Shown: positions 24,027-39,254, counted from the first letter of the whole stretch. The stretch is DNA of 63,097 nt, filler included, from Nemertoderma westbladi (GCA_032718475.1; 3 parts of 3 records of this genome joined end to end with filler, not necessarily neighbours in it); one strand, 5' to 3'. Notes: generated by a model not told the origin, from the letters alone. Numbers and translations: made by a program.

Positions 24027-25260
24027 TTATTTGATTTGGGGGACTAATGAGACGCCTCCAATGTTATAGAGTGTCTGGTTGGAGATGTGTGTATTGTACT
24101 TGACACAATGAACCCGGCGTAGCATTCTTGTGAATGTGCCATCCAGAGATTTGGTGTCCTCAGCAGTTAGAGCCCAGCATAGACTCCCATAGAGGAGTAC
24201 TGGAAATACTGCTGCCCTAAATAATCGGACCTTAAGTTTCCGATGAATTCCAAGTGATTTCCAAATACTGGCAAGCACATTCAAAGCTGCCCATGCCTTT
24301 CCCTTACGTATTCGAAGGTCCTCACCTGACTTCTGGATCCATGATCCCAGGTAACAGAAGTCGTCCACATGCTCAAGCATACCATCCATTGATGTTATGC
24401 TCATTCGGTCAGAGACTTCCTGAGTACTTTCAAAGTTAACTGCCAAAATATTGGTCATTTTGGAGTTAATAAATAGACTAGAAGCAGCCTGTTCTAATGA
24501 GCCGAGGAGCCGTTGGGCTTCCTCTAGTGATTCTGAGAGTATTCCTAAGTCATCGACCATGTCTAGATCAGTTAGGTACTTCGCAGGATTTCCTCGACTT
24601 CTGGAGCCAGTAGGTGGAGTTATCATCACCCCATCATCATTATGATGATCTAAGGACATGCGTAGAACATAGTCAACCACAATTATAAACAAGTAGACTC
24701 CCCATAAAACTTCGAATGGTTCTGTGTCACCGTCAACAGTAGACACAAGTTGTCGAACCATCGTATACTGATCTGATTGCTTCAATAATCTCATCAGGAA
24801 TCCCATATAATGAAAGTATGCTGAACATACGTGAGCGAGAGACTGAATCAAAGGCCTTGAAGAAGTCAACAAAGATAATAGCCAGAAGCCTGTCTTTCTT
24901 ATTTGATAACTCTTCAATTATCCTTCTAAGTGCTAAAATGGGCTCCATGGTCCCACGACCTTTAAGGAACCCATTCTGATTTCCACGGAGCAGTCTCTCA
25001 ATGGGATCCCTGATGCGATTTAATATAATTCTATTGTATAGATTTGCAGCAATCGAGATCAATGAAATTCCCCGAAAAGAACCATATAAAGTTAGGGTTG
25101 CCCTTCTTGGAACTGGCACCAACTTATTTGTTTTCATTTCTTGTGGGACTCTTGTCGTTCTGTACATGTCTACTATGATGCGATAGATGAGCTTTAAACA
25201 CTCAGGTATTTTAAAGACCTCAGGGGGCACACCCTCTAACATGAGAGCTAAGCACTGCAT
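24027..25260 (-). mobile_element. Degenerate RTE-like LINE reverse transcriptase fragment
   Basis: RGISL.SIAA.LYNR, NQNGF.KGR, FVDFFKAFDSV, degenerate DLDMVDD, F.YLGS and KVRLFRA across two frameshifted ORFs. Confidence 0.85.
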
Positions 25261-25779
25261 AAGTTAGAGAGCTAAGTCATGAGAGCTAAGCACTGAGTTA
25301 ATCACTGCATAACAACGTTGATTCTTGGTAATATTTTATGTTATAATTAATTAATATTATGTTCTTTATTTGCTATAATAAATTTATATTTTTATAACCT
25401 TGCTGAAGTTGTAATTTATAGCGGATATATTAGGCAAATAATTCGTAGTTTTTGTATTACTTAATGGATTACTAATGAACTTTATATTTACATTATTTAC
25501 ATACAACTTTTATACCCACCACCAACACTGTCAATAAATTCTAAAAAGGCAAAAAGGGCGGTATATTTTAAATATTGTGTTTTAATTTAATTGTTATGTG
25601 TTATAATTCGAGACAAGGGGGGGGGGGGGGGGGGGGAGGACTGGACTCAAAACCCCTCCTTGGCGAATTAATATCCCGTCTCAATGTTAATTTCTCAATT
25701 TAGGGATAGGAGCAGGATACAGTGGCATGTTATTTTAACCAAAACAATAAACTAAACACAATAGAACAGGTTACAGTTT

Positions 25780-28700
25780 TAGTGCAGTCAAAATAGGCGA
25801 AAAAAAGGCTCGGACAAATTGCAACAAAATTTAATTTAATATTTTCTAGGCCCAAATTTTATGCTTATCAACATATCAAAAATCGGCCCAAATCGGGTTG
25901 TTGGAACTTGGATAAAAATACCATTTCACCATGGCACCAGAAAGTCATACGTAAATCACCCCTTTCCTATAATCCTACGGAATTCTAACCTTGACCTACC
26001 CCACCCAAGTCACTATTAGGAAACTCTGTAATTATATTGTCCTTTTAAGCATAAATGTTTTTTTCTAGATTCAGCATTGAAGTGGAAAAGCAGTTGTCCT
26101 GTAACCTAGGTAATAAGAAAATAATATCACCTATAATGTTTCTTCAGTTCAATTATGGTTACTATTATTTTAAGGGGGGTATCACCCCAAATCTATTTTT
26201 TTCTATTTTTAAAGCTACTGTTTTGAAACTTTAACACAATTATCTGTGATCTTTAACTAAGAAAAGTGAGTATGGATACCTTCACAAACCATTTTGTTCG
26301 AAAAATATGGGACTTTTTGTGCAAGTCGGATTTTTCCACAATTTGGAAAGATTTTGCGGATTTTTATGAAAAATATCTCATGTAGAAAGATCTGTAGTAC
26401 CAACCGGGTTGCAGTTCTCGGTCCAAGAGTTTGGCCCAATGAACCTAGATATATAGGCTAAGTTCTGTGAAAATTTCAACACAAAATTGTTGTTTTTGAA
26501 AAATTTATGAGGGTTTTAGTATGTTCGGGTTATATTTCGGGCATCATATATTTTGAGATAGACAAAGAGAAGCAGTTACATAATGGATCATAGAACATTC
26601 AAATGGACATATTTTACATAACCAATACTCACAATTGTAGCCCTAGGATTGTAGCTGAACATTTTGGTATATGTTTGATAAAAATTGGGCGAAAAAAAAA
26701 AGTAGTAGGGAATTTAGTGATGATAAATGTCAACATCGACAAACTGAGAAAAATGTTGTTTTATACAGAGAGTCATGAATATAAGCAATAAATTATGTTG
26801 TTGAAAAGTTCTGTTTTGTGGTTGAAAATTATTCAATGGTAAAAACCGATGTCACCATATGGAAGCCCTTCTATGAAACCACAAAAGTATAAGAAAAAAA
26901 AATTTAAAAAATTTTCAGAAAATTTGAAAATTTTGCAGTCGCTTGGGGTGATACCCCCCATAAAAAGAAACCCATTTAGGATCTAGAACCTCACATGTTG
27001 CTATGTTCAGACCATAATTTGCCAGCCAATCATGTAATTTCCTGTTGCCATGGCAACCAAAATTATTATTTAATATGTGAAAATTCCATCGCAAACATTT
27101 TATATCTATTTCAGATGCACATCAATATGTTACATAGTCAACATTCATGATCACAAGCGAAGTCATTATTATGTTGTTACCATAGCAACGGGCATTTTTT
27201 AGTATTTATGTAGTTTTAGTAACGTATTTGGTATTTTATTGACATTGGAAGTTAATCATATTAAAGATTATTGAAAAAAATTGTGTGGAGTCTGCTACAG
27301 TTATTTTATTTAACAAAGTCTTGAATTTTGACCATAGCAACGGAAGTTTGATCCTAATTCGGGAGTGACTTGTTAAAATTATTCCAAATTCGGTTTAATG
27401 TACATTTCAGTATTTTGTAGCATGGGATTCTGTAGAAAATTACAAAATTATATTCGAATGACCTTAATATACTTAGCAACGAAAGTTTTCCTTAGCAACC
27501 GGGGTCTTTTAGTACCAACATCGCGTTATTAACGTGATACATGTTTTTTAATGAGCTTTGACGTTTAAATAACAGCAGTAAGTTCTCAATGGCAACGTTG
27601 AAAGAGTTATCAAGACCATTGTCGATGTAGCACATATTGATGCAGATGCCTCTACATTCTTGGCATGCAGTCGAACAGTGTTTTTGCGGCAAGAACATCG
27701 CAGAGAAGTGCACCGAGTCTTGCATTTGCATCTTATCGCATTTAAAAGATATTGTCGTGCCGGCAATATATCTGCCATTATAGGCATAATAATCAAGAGT
27801 TAATTGTAATTTATTTATTAATCAAGCACGTTAAGTGACAGTGACAAAGTATGTAAATAACTAAAAAGCTACAAGACCTAGACGTTGCATGCAATCAGTG
27901 ATCAGCTGACGGCAGCCAGCTGATCGGTAGGTTTCGCCCCGCAACTGAAGGCATTCTCAGGAGGCCGAACCAGGAAATGTAGAGAGAGAGATTCCCAAAG
28001 GGGGACGGAACATGTAATGAAATGAAGATATGTCTGTACTGTAACTAACCACTGGGAAGCAGCACCGTAAACTTGCGCCAGTCACGTTTTTGCTTGTTGA
28101 TAACCGACTTGCGTGTTTGGATGTAATACATTTCAAGCTTTTGCAAGACATTGTTGTCGACAAATAAATGTCATTCCATTGGTGTAAGCTTGTTACCTCT
28201 CTAGTTCTGCACCTGGTGATACACTCGGAGGCTGTGGAACTTGGATGAAGATGCTATTGGGGGTAGGCAACATGGCTGGACTACAGCAGATTTTGATGAG
28301 GTCTTGTCCACAAATTTACGAAGCCTGACATTATTAATAGTCCCACGAGCATGGCCTTTATAAATTTGAACCAGGGCTTTCTCTCCCGCCTTTATAACTT
28401 CCTCTTTAGTGCACCCAGAATTTAGAAATATTTTGGCCTGTAATACGAAGTCATTATCGCTTTTAATTAAACACAGTGCATCAAACACAGTTATCCCAAT
28501 TCCATATAGTCCGGAGTTGTATCACAACCTAATAGAGCATATGAAAAATATATTTTCACAAACGATAGAGCCAAGTAAAGACCGAGTTAGAACAATGTCC
28601 CAGCAATGACTTTGTTTTTGAGATGTCTTTTTAGGTTCAGGCTTGAAATAAACCTTATTTTTATACTACATTATTACAATGGTATATGAGTAACACAAGG

Positions 28701-29030
28701 ATGTCAGTATCATCACCAATAACAACAGTATCACTATTTGCTGCTGAAGAAATTTCCATCTGGACGGTAGTTACATCAGCATCAGCTTCAGCATAATTTA
28801 TAGTGCATCCTATTTGTGTGAGGTTTTCCCCAAGCATTATGTATAAATGCATGTTTATTATGAATTACAGTATTAGATAAAAATTCCCCTTTCTTCATTT
28901 GTAATTTCATGTTTGTGAAAAATATACAGTAACGATGCAGAAAACTTGGTAATTATTTGAAAACTCTCCGCTACGTTGTGAAACTTTTGTGAAACCATTG
29001 TTAAGGTAACTCTTTGTTGCTATACAAATG
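25780..29030 (-). mobile_element. Degraded Academ-like DNA transposon (XPG/PIN-like nuclease and Cys-rich C-terminal fragments)
   Basis: Minus-strand fragments EADAD...GDDTDILVLLIYH (28661-28852), ALLGCDTT..LYGIG (~28495-28540), LPP...FHSLRVYHQV (28201-28488) and CKCKTRCTSLRCSCRK..CSTACQEC (27492-27796). Candidate terminus TAG at 25780 interrupts a dispersed repeat. The other end is not defined. Confidence 0.6.
26174..26959. mobile_element. Kolobok-like MITE nested in the Academ-like remnant
   Basis: Perfect 16-bp TIR GGGGGGTATCACCCCA / TGGGGTGATACCCCCC, flanked by TTAA (26170-26173) and ATAA (26960-26963). Confidence 0.7.
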
Positions 29031-30247
29031 TTGTATGTATATTAGGGCGGTGCGTTTTTTACTTTTTTTTCGATTTCATTGTTCTACCGGTGCACAAAAG
29101 TTGCCAAATGGTAAAAAAAATAAGGCAAAAAAATTTCTTTAAATTTCATCAATATCTTCACGGATCCCAAGAGGGTTGAAATTTTGTGCCATCGCGATGC
29201 ACCATAATTAAATGTATAACAATATAACACATTGATGAAAGATCAATGACTCAAAAAAGAACTTCCTGCATGCATCAAATGTCATCAAATGGGTCCAAAC
29301 AGAGTTAGATACCAAAATTTTAATTTTTGGGTCAAGGGAACTTGTGCCACAGGCACATGGACAGAACCTACCCTTTGGCGCAAGTGATGATTATTCTCAA
29401 TTTACGCGATGGCCAACTTTGAGTTCCCCTACTGCATTAATATTATGCTCATTAGAACCGCAATGTCCGATTTAGTGGGGGTAGACAACTACAAAACAAA
29501 CGTAGAGCGAATAGTTCTTGAGATATCGCAGAAAATGTGAAGTCCGGCACAAGTCTACATTACCGCCTTGATGTGATATGGACAAAGGTTGAGATTTTAA
29601 ATTATTTTTGTATTATTTATGAAATTATTTACAGCCAATAAACATACTTATATACTTTTCCTTGAAATCTCGTTGCGAGGGATTCCAAAGGATCCTCCGC
29701 TCATTGAAGCAGGTTGCTTCTAGTGATGGTCGATTTGTAAACTCCAAGAAGACAATAATATTATCACAGTAAACTTTGACAGCTATCAAGAAATGTCGGA
29801 CCGTAAGGGCATAAGCTCTAGGGTTGGCTTGTATGAGCATGTGAATAACTTCTGCTTCTTGGGATTTTGGATCCGGAAGTCAGCTGGAGAAGTCGCGATT
29901 TAGAAGGTGCGAGTTGTGGCGGCGCAATTTTGTCGACAAGCCGGCTCAGAATTCTTAATATATATGTAATACATATATTAGTAGTAGTCGTAGTAGTTTT
30001 TACAGTTGCAGATATACTACTGCAACTTTTCAGTAACTTTGTAGAAACTCTGCAGTAGTATTTTCCGTCCATGCCTTATCATGAACGGAAAATATTTAAC
30101 GAACAACGACTTGTTACTTCATATCTGCAATTAGTAAAAGCAGCGGGTTTTCAAATTTGGCTTCCCAAGCTTATTAAATCCCGCAATATCGTCAGTTTCC
30201 TCGTGTTTTAAAAAAAAACCCCGCCACTCGATTCTGGGCACCTTGTT

Positions 30248-33200
30248 AGCCCTTATTTAATTGTTTCTAACCCAACCATATTTACGAGAACGACAGTCCT
30301 TATTTAATTGTTTCTAACCCAACCATATTTACGAGAACGACATCCCTTATTTAATTGTTTCTAACCCAACCATATTTACGAGAACGACAGCCCTTATTTA
30401 ATTGTTTCTAACCCAACCATATTTACGAGAACGACAGTCCTTATTTAATTGTTTCTAACCCAACCATATTTACGAGAACGACAGCCCTTATTTAATTGTT
30501 TCTAACCCAACCATATTTACGAGAACGAGAGCCCTTATTTAATTGTTTCTAACCCAACCATATTTACGAGAACGACATCCCTTATTTAATTGTTTCTAAC
30601 CCAACCATATTTACGAGAACGACAGCCCTTATTTAATTGTTTCTAACCCAACCATATTTACGAGAACGACAGCCCTTATTTAATTGTTTCTAACCCAACC
30701 ATATTTACGAGAACGACATCCCTTATTTAATTGTTTCTAACCCGACCATATTTACGAGAACGACAGCCCTTATTTAATTGTTTCTAACCCAACCATATTT
30801 ACGAGAACGACATCCCTTATTTAATTGTTTCTAACCCGACCATATTTACGAGAACGACAGCCCTTATTTAATTGTTTCTAACCCAACCATATTTACGAGA
30901 ACGACATCCCTTATTTAATTGTTTCTAACCCAACCATATTTACGAGAACGACAGCCCTTATTTAATTGTTTCTAACCCGACCATATTTACGAGAACGACA
31001 TCCCTTATTTAATTGTTTCTAACCCAACCATATTTACGAGAACGACAGCCCTTATTTAATTGTTTCTAACCCAACCATATTTACGAGAACGACAGCCCTT
31101 ATTTAATTGTTTCTAACCCAACCATATTTACGAGAACGACAGCCCTTATTTAATTGTTTCTAACCCAACCATATTTACGAGAACGACAGCCCTTATTTAA
31201 TTGTTTCTAACCCAACCATATTTACGAGAACGACAGCCCTTATTTAATTGTTTCTAACCCAACCATATTTACGAGAACGACAGCCCTTATTTAATTGTTT
31301 CTAACTCAACCATATTTACGAGAACGACAGCCCTTATTTAATTGTTTCTAACCCAACCATATTTACGAGAACGACAGCCCTTATCTAATTGTTTCTAACC
31401 CAACCATATTTACGAGAACGACATCCCTTATTTAATTGTTTCTAACCTAACCATATTTACGAGAACGACAGCCCTTATTTAATTGTTTCTAACCCAACCA
31501 TATTTACGAGAACGACATCCCTTATTTAATTGTTTCTAACCCAACCATATTTACGAGAACGACAGCCCTTATTTAATTGTTTCTAACCCAACCATATTTA
31601 CGAGAACGACATCCCTTATTTAATTGTTTCTAACCCAACCATATTTACGAGAACGACAGCCCTTATTTAATTGTTTCTAACCCAACCATATTTACGAGAA
31701 CGACAGCCCTTATTTAATTGTTTCTAACCCAACCATATTTACGAGAACGACATCCCTTATTTAATTGTTTCTAACCCGACCATATTTACGAGAACGACAG
31801 CCCTTATTTAATTGTTTCTAACCCAACCATATTTACGAGAACGACAGCCCTTATTTAATTGTTTCTAACCCGACCATATTTACGAGAACGACAGCCCTTA
31901 TTTAATTGTTTCTAACCCAACCATATTTACGAGAACGACATCCCTTATTTAATTGTTTCTAACCCAACCATATTTACGAGAACGACAGCCCTTATTTAAT
32001 TGTTTCTAACCCAACCATATTTACGAGAACGACAGCCCTTATTTAATTGTTTCTAACCCAACCATATTTACGAGAACGACATCCCTTATTTAATTGTTTC
32101 TAACCCAACCATATTTACGAGAACGACAGCCCTTATTTAATTGTTTCTAACCCAACCATATTTACGAGAACGACAGCCCTTATTTAATTGTTTCTAACCC
32201 AACCATATTTACGAGAACGACAGCCCTTATTTAATTGTTTCTAACCCAACCATATTTACGAGAACGACAGCCCTTATTTAATTGTTTCTAACCCAACCAT
32301 ATTTACGAGAACGACAGCCCTTATTTAATTGTTTCTAACCCAACCATATTTACGAGAACGACAGCCCTTATTTAATTGTTTCTAACCCAACCATATTTAC
32401 GAGAACGACAGCCCTTATTTAATTGTTTCTAACCCAACCATATTTACGAGAACGACAGCCCTTATTTAATTGTTTCTAACCCAACCATATTTACGAGAAC
32501 GACAGCCCTTATTTAATTGTTTCTAACCCAACCATATTTACGAGAACGACAGCCCTTATTTAATTGTTTCTAACCCAACCATATTTACGAGAACGACAGC
32601 CCTTATTTAATTGTTTCTAACCCAACCATATTTACGAGAACGACAGCCCTTATTTAATTGTTTCTAACCCAACCATATTTACGAGAACGACAGCCCTTAT
32701 TTAATTGTTTCTAACCCAACCATATTTACGAGAACGACAGCCCTTATTTAATTGTTTCTAACCCAACCATATTTACGAGAACGACAGCCCTTATTTAATT
32801 GTTTCTAACCCAACCATATTTACGAGAACGACAGCCCTTATTTAATTGTTTCTAACCCAACCATATTTACGAGAACGACAGCCCTTATTTAATTGTTTCT
32901 AACCCAACCATATTTACGAGAACGACATCCCTTATTTAATTGTTTCTAACCCAACCATATTTACGAGAACGACAGCCCTTATTTAATTGTTTCTAACCCA
33001 ACCATATTTACGAGAACGACAGCCCTTATTTAATTGTTTCTAACCCAACCATATTTACGAGAACGACAGCCCTTATTTAATTGTTTCTAACCCAACCATA
33101 TTTACGAGAACGACAGCCCTTATTTAATTGTTTCTAACCCAACCATATTTACGAGAACGACAGCCCTTATTTAATTGTTTCTAACCCAACCATATTTACG

Positions 33201-36200
33201 AGAACGACAGCCCTTATTTAATTGTTTCTAACCCAACCATATTTACGAGAACGACAGCCCTTATTTAATTGTTTCTAACCCAACCATATTTACGAGAACG
33301 ACAGCCCTTATTTAATTGTTTCTAACCCAACCATATTTACGAGAACGACAGCCCTTATTTAATTGTTTCTAACCCAACCATATTTACGAGAACGACATCC
33401 CTTATTTAATTGTTTCTAACCCAACCATATTTACGAGAACGACATCCCTTATTTAATTGTTTCTAACCCAACCATATTTACGAGAACGACATCCCTTATT
33501 TAATTGTTTCTAACCCAACCATATTTACGAGAACGACAGCCCTTATTTAATTGTTTCTAACCCAACCATATTTACGAGAACGACAGCCCTTATTTAATTG
33601 TTTCTAACCCAACCATATTTACGAGAACGACATCCCTTATTTAATTGTTTCTAACCCAACCATATTTACGAGAACGACAGCCCTTATTTAATTGTTTCTA
33701 ACCCAACCATATTTACGAGAACGACAGCCCTTATTTAATTGTTTCTAACCCAACCATATTTACGAGAACGACAGCCCTTATTTAATTGTTTCTAACCCAA
33801 CCATATTTACGAGAACGACAGCCCTTATTTAATTGTTTCTAACCCAACCATATTTACGAGAACGACAGCCCTTATTTAATTGTTTCTAACCCAACCATAT
33901 TTACGAGAACGACATCCCTTATTTAATTGTTTCTAACCCAACCATATTTACGAGAACGACAGCCCTTATTTAATTGTTTCTAACCCAACCATATTTACGA
34001 GAACGACAGCCCTTATTTAATTGTTTCTAACCCAACCATATTTACGAGAACGACAGCCCTTATTTAATTGTTTCTAACCCAACCATATTTACGAGAACGA
34101 CAGCCCTTATTTAATTGTTTCTAACCCAACCATATTTACGAGAACGACATCCCTTATTTAATTGTTTCTAACCCAACCATATTTACGAGAACGACAGCCC
34201 TTATTTAATTGTTTCTAACCCAACCATATTTACGAGAACGACAGCCCTTATTTAATTGTTTCTAACCCAACCATATTTACGAGAACGACAGCCCTTATTT
34301 AATTGTTTCTAACCCAACCATATTTACGAGAACGACATCCCTTATTTAATTGTTTCTAACCCAACCATATTTACGAGAACGACATCCCTTATTTAATTGT
34401 TTCTAACCCAACCATATTTACGAGAACGACATCCCTTATTTAATTGTTTCTAACCCAACCATATTTACGAGAACGACATCCCTTATTTAATTGTTTCTAA
34501 CCCAACCATATTTACGAGAACGACATCCCTTATTTAATTGTTTCTAACCCAACCATATTTACGAGAACGACAGCCCTTATTTAATTGTTTCTAACCCAAC
34601 CATATTTACGAGAACGACAGCCCTTATTTAATTGTTTCTAACCCAACCATATTTACGAGAACGACATCCCTTATTTAATTGTTTCTAACCCAACCATATT
34701 TACGAGAACGACATCCCTTATTTAATTGTTTCTAACCCAACCATATTTACGAGAACGACAGCCCTTATTTAATTGTTTCTAACCCAACCATATTTACGAG
34801 AACGACAGCCCTTATTTAATTGTTTCTAACCCAACCATATTTACGAGAACGACAGCCCTTATTTAATTGTTTCTAACCCAACCATATTTACGAGAACGAC
34901 AGCCCTTATTTAATTGTTTCTAACCCAACCATATTTACGAGAACGACATCCCTTATTTAATTGTTTCTAACCCAACCATATTTACGAGAACGACAGCCCT
35001 TATTTAATTGTTTCTAACCCAACCATATTTACGAGAACGACATCCCTTATTTAATTGTTTCTAACCCAACCATATTTACGAGAACGACAGCCCTTATTTA
35101 ATTGTTTCTAACCCAACCATATTTACGAGAACGACAGCCCTTATTTAATTGTTTCTAACCCAACCATATTTACGAGAACGACAGCCCTTATTTAATTGTT
35201 TCTAACCCAACCATATTTACGAGAACGACAGCCCTTATTTAATTGTTTCTAACCCAACCATATTTACGAGAACGACATCCCTTATTTAATTGTTTCTAAC
35301 CCAACCATATTTACGAGAACGACATCCCTTATTTAATTGTTTCTAACCCAACCATATTTACGAGAACGACATCCCTTATTTAATTGTTTCTAACCCAACC
35401 ATATTTACGAGAACGACAGCCCTTATTTAATTGTTTCTAACCCAACCATATTTACGAGAACGACAGCCCTTATTTAATTGTTTCTAACCCAACCATATTT
35501 ACGAGAACGACATCCCTTATTTAATTGTTTCTAACCCAACCATATTTACGAGAACGACATCCCTTATTTAATTGTTTCTAACCCAACCATATTTACGAGA
35601 ACGACAGCCCTTATTTAATTGTTTCTAACCCAACCATATTTACGAGAACGACATCCCTTATTTAATTGTTTCTAACCCAACCATATTTACGAGAACGACA
35701 GCCCTTATTTAATTGTTTCTAACCCAACCATATTTACGAGAACGACAGCCCTTATTTAATTGTTTCTAACCCAACCATATTTACGAGAACGACATCCCTT
35801 ATTTAATTGTTTCTAACCCAACCATATTTACGAGAACGACAGCCCTTATTTAATTGTTTCTAACCCAACCATATTTACGAGAACGACAGCCCTTATTTAA
35901 TTGTTTCTAACCCAACCATATTTACGAGAACGACAGCCCTTATTTAATTGTTTCTAACCCAACCATATTTACGAGAACGACAGCCCTTATTTAATTGTTT
36001 CTAACCCAACCATATTTACGAGAACGACAGCCCTTATTTAATTGTTTCTAACCCAACCATATTTACGAGAACGACAGCCCTTATTTAATTGTTTCTAACC
36101 CAACCATATTTACGAGAACGACATCCCTTATTTAATTGTTTCTAACCCAACCATATTTACGAGAACGACAGCCCTTATTTAATTGTTTCTAACCCAACCA

Positions 36201-38019
36201 TATTTACGAGAACGACAGCCCTTATTTAATTGTTTCTAACCCAACCATATTTACGAGAACGACAGCCCTTATTTAATTGTTTCTAACCCAACCATATTTA
36301 CGAGAACGACATCCCTTATTTAATTGTTTCTAACCCAACCATATTTACGAGAACGACAGCCCTTATTTAATTGTTTCTAACCCAACCATATTTACGAGAA
36401 CGACAGCCCTTATTTAATTGTTTCTAACCCAACCATATTTACGAGAACGACAGCCCTTATTTAATTGTTTCTAACCCAACCATATTTACGAGAACGACAG
36501 CCCTTATTTAATTGTTTCTAACCCAACCATATTTACGAGAACGACAGCCCTTATTTAATTGTTTCTAACCCAACCATATTTACGAGAACGACAGCCCTTA
36601 TTTAATTGTTTCTAACCCAACCATATTTACGAGAACGACAGCCCTTATTTAATTGTTTCTAACCCAACCATATTTACGAGAACGACAGCCCTTATTTAAT
36701 TGTTTCTAACCCAACCATATTTACGAGAACGACAGCCCTTATTTAATTGTTTCTAACCCAACCATATTTACGAGAACGACAGCCCTTATTTAATTGTTTC
36801 TAACCCAACCATATTTACGAGAACGACAGCCCTTATTTAATTGTTTCTAACCCAACCATATTTACGAGAACGACAGCCCTTATTTAATTGTTTCTAACCC
36901 AACCATATTTACGAGAACGACATCCCTTATTTAATTGTTTCTAACCCAACCATATTTACGAGAACGACAGCCCTTATTTAATTGTTTCTAACCCAACCAT
37001 ATTTACGAGAACGACAGCCCTTATTTAATTGTTTCTAACCCAACCATATTTACGAGAACGACAGCCCTTATTTAATTGTTTCTAACCCAACCATATTTAC
37101 GAGAACGACATCCCTTATTTAATTGTTTCTAACCCAACCATATTTACGAGAACGACAGCCCTTATTTAATTGTTTCTAACCCAACCATATTTACGAGAAC
37201 GACAGCCCTTATTTAATTGTTTCTAACCCAACCATATTTACGAGAACGACAGCCCTTATTTAATTGTTTCTAACCCAACCATATTTACGAGAACGACAGC
37301 CCTTATTTAATTGTTTCTAACCCAACCATATTTACGAGAACGACAGCCCTTATTTAATTGTTTCTAACCCAACCATATTTACGAGAACGACAGCCCTTAT
37401 TTAATTGTTTCTAACCCAACCATATTTACGAGAACGACAGCCCTTATTTAATTGTTTCTAACCCAACCATATTTACGAGAACGACAGCCCTTATTTAATT
37501 GTTTCTAACCCAACCATATTTACGAGAACGACAGCCCTTATTTAATTGTTTCTAACCCAACCATATTTACGAGAACGACAGCCCTTATTTAATTGTTTCT
37601 AACCCAACCATATTTACGAGAACGACATCCCTTATTTAATTGTTTCTAACCCAACCATATTTACGAGAACGACAGCCCTTATTTAATTGTTTCTAACCCA
37701 ACCATATTTACGAGAACGACATCCCTTATTTAATTGTTTCTAACCCAACCATATTTACGAGAACGACAGCCCTTATTTAATTGTTTCTAACCCAACCATA
37801 TTTACGAGAACGACATCCCTTATTTAATTGTTTCTAACCCAACCATATTTACGAGAACGACAGCCCTTATTTAATTGTTTCTAACCCAACCATATTTACG
37901 AGAACGACAGCCCTTATTTAATTGTTTCTAACCCAACCATATTTACGAGAACGACAGCCCTTATTTAATTGTTTCTAACCCAACCATATTTACGAGAACG
38001 ACAGCCCTTATTTAATTGT
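30248..38019. repeat. 47-bp satellite array, ~165 copies (A[G/T]CCCTTATTTAATTGTTTCTAACCCAACCATATTTACGAGAACGAC)n
   Basis: Uninterrupted head-to-tail period of 47 over ~7.8 kb, with no spacers. Confidence 0.98.
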
Positions 38020-38454
38020 CAAATCGCCAAATTTTGTGTGACACACACCCTGTCCTGTATTATCTCTGATGTAGATATCATAGTAACCATGACTACTATT
38101 TAAACCTTTGTACTGGTTGCCTTTCTATTATTTGTTTATGTCGAATTTCAACATGTATTTCATTCATATAATAGACTTATATATTATTTTTATTGTCCGA
38201 AAATTAATAAATTAAACAGTAAAGTAAGAGACAATAACAGTAAAGGTGCAGGTGATTGTCCTGTGGTAGGGTTGGGGTCAATTTTGGCAATCTAATTGTT
38301 TTTATTTTATTATATATTGAAAGCAAAGAATATGTGTTTAATCATTTAATTTTAATAATATAATAATAAGAAAAATATAATCAATTAATAAAGAAAAAGT
38401 AAAATATTGCTAATTAAAAACCCAGGGGCGTTTCCGGATCCTAGATGAAAACAG

Positions 38455-39080
38455 GTAGCGTTCCCGGATCCCAGCTCAACTCGGGTAGCATTCCCGGATC
38501 CCAGCTAGACTCGGGTAGCATTCCCTGATCTCAGCTCAAATCGGGGATCGTTCCCGGATCCCAGCTCAACTCAGGTAGCATTCCCGGATCCTAGCTCAAC
38601 TCAGGTAGCATTCCCGGATCCCAGCTCAACTCGGGTAGCATTCCCGGATCTCAGCTCAAATCGGGTATCGTTTCCGGATCCCAGCTCAACTCGGGTATCG
38701 TTCCCGGATCCCAGCTCAACTCAGGTAGCATTCCCGGATCCTAGCTCAACTCAGGTAGCATTCCCGGATCCCAGCTCAACTCGGGTAGCATTCCCGGATC
38801 TCAGCTCAAATCGGGTATCGTTCCCGGATCCCAGCTCAACTCGGGTAGCATTCCCGGATCCCAGCTCAACTCGGGTAGCGTTCCCGGATCCCAGCTCAAC
38901 TCGGGTATCGTTCCCGGATCCCAGCTCAACTCGGGTAGCGTTCCCGGATCCCAGCTCAACTCGGGTAGCGTTCCCAGATCCCAGCTCAACTCGGGTAGCA
39001 TTCCCGGATCCCAGCTCCACTCGGGTAGCGTTCCCGGATCCCAGCTCAACTCGGGTAGCGCTCCCGAATCCAGCTCAACT
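38455..39080. repeat. 30-bp minisatellite (TTCCCGGATCCCAGCTCAACTCGGGTAGCR)n, ~21 copies
   Basis: Period of 30 visible directly; explains the repetitive ORFs 38751-39049. Confidence 0.95.
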
Positions 39081-39254
39081 CCGGAGGTGTTTCTAGGATC
39101 GTGAGTGTTGATTTTGGGTTCAAACAGATCTCAGGCATTGTTCCCGGATCACCGTAACTAAGTCCGGACCCTACAGTAGACTTGCTAATGAATCTTACTT
39201 TGGTACCCGACCAAGACACAGATTTATTGAGTTCATTGGATGATTCATTGGTTT

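Noticed and set aside
30248-38019. CRISPR-like appearance of the 47-bp repeat array
   Set aside because: Units are directly head-to-tail with no unique spacers, there are no cas genes, and the context is eukaryotic.
38751-39049. Repetitive ORFs (ELGSGNATRV)n and (SWDPGTLPEL)n
   Set aside because: By-products of a 30-bp minisatellite; no credible start, and adjacent units contain stops.
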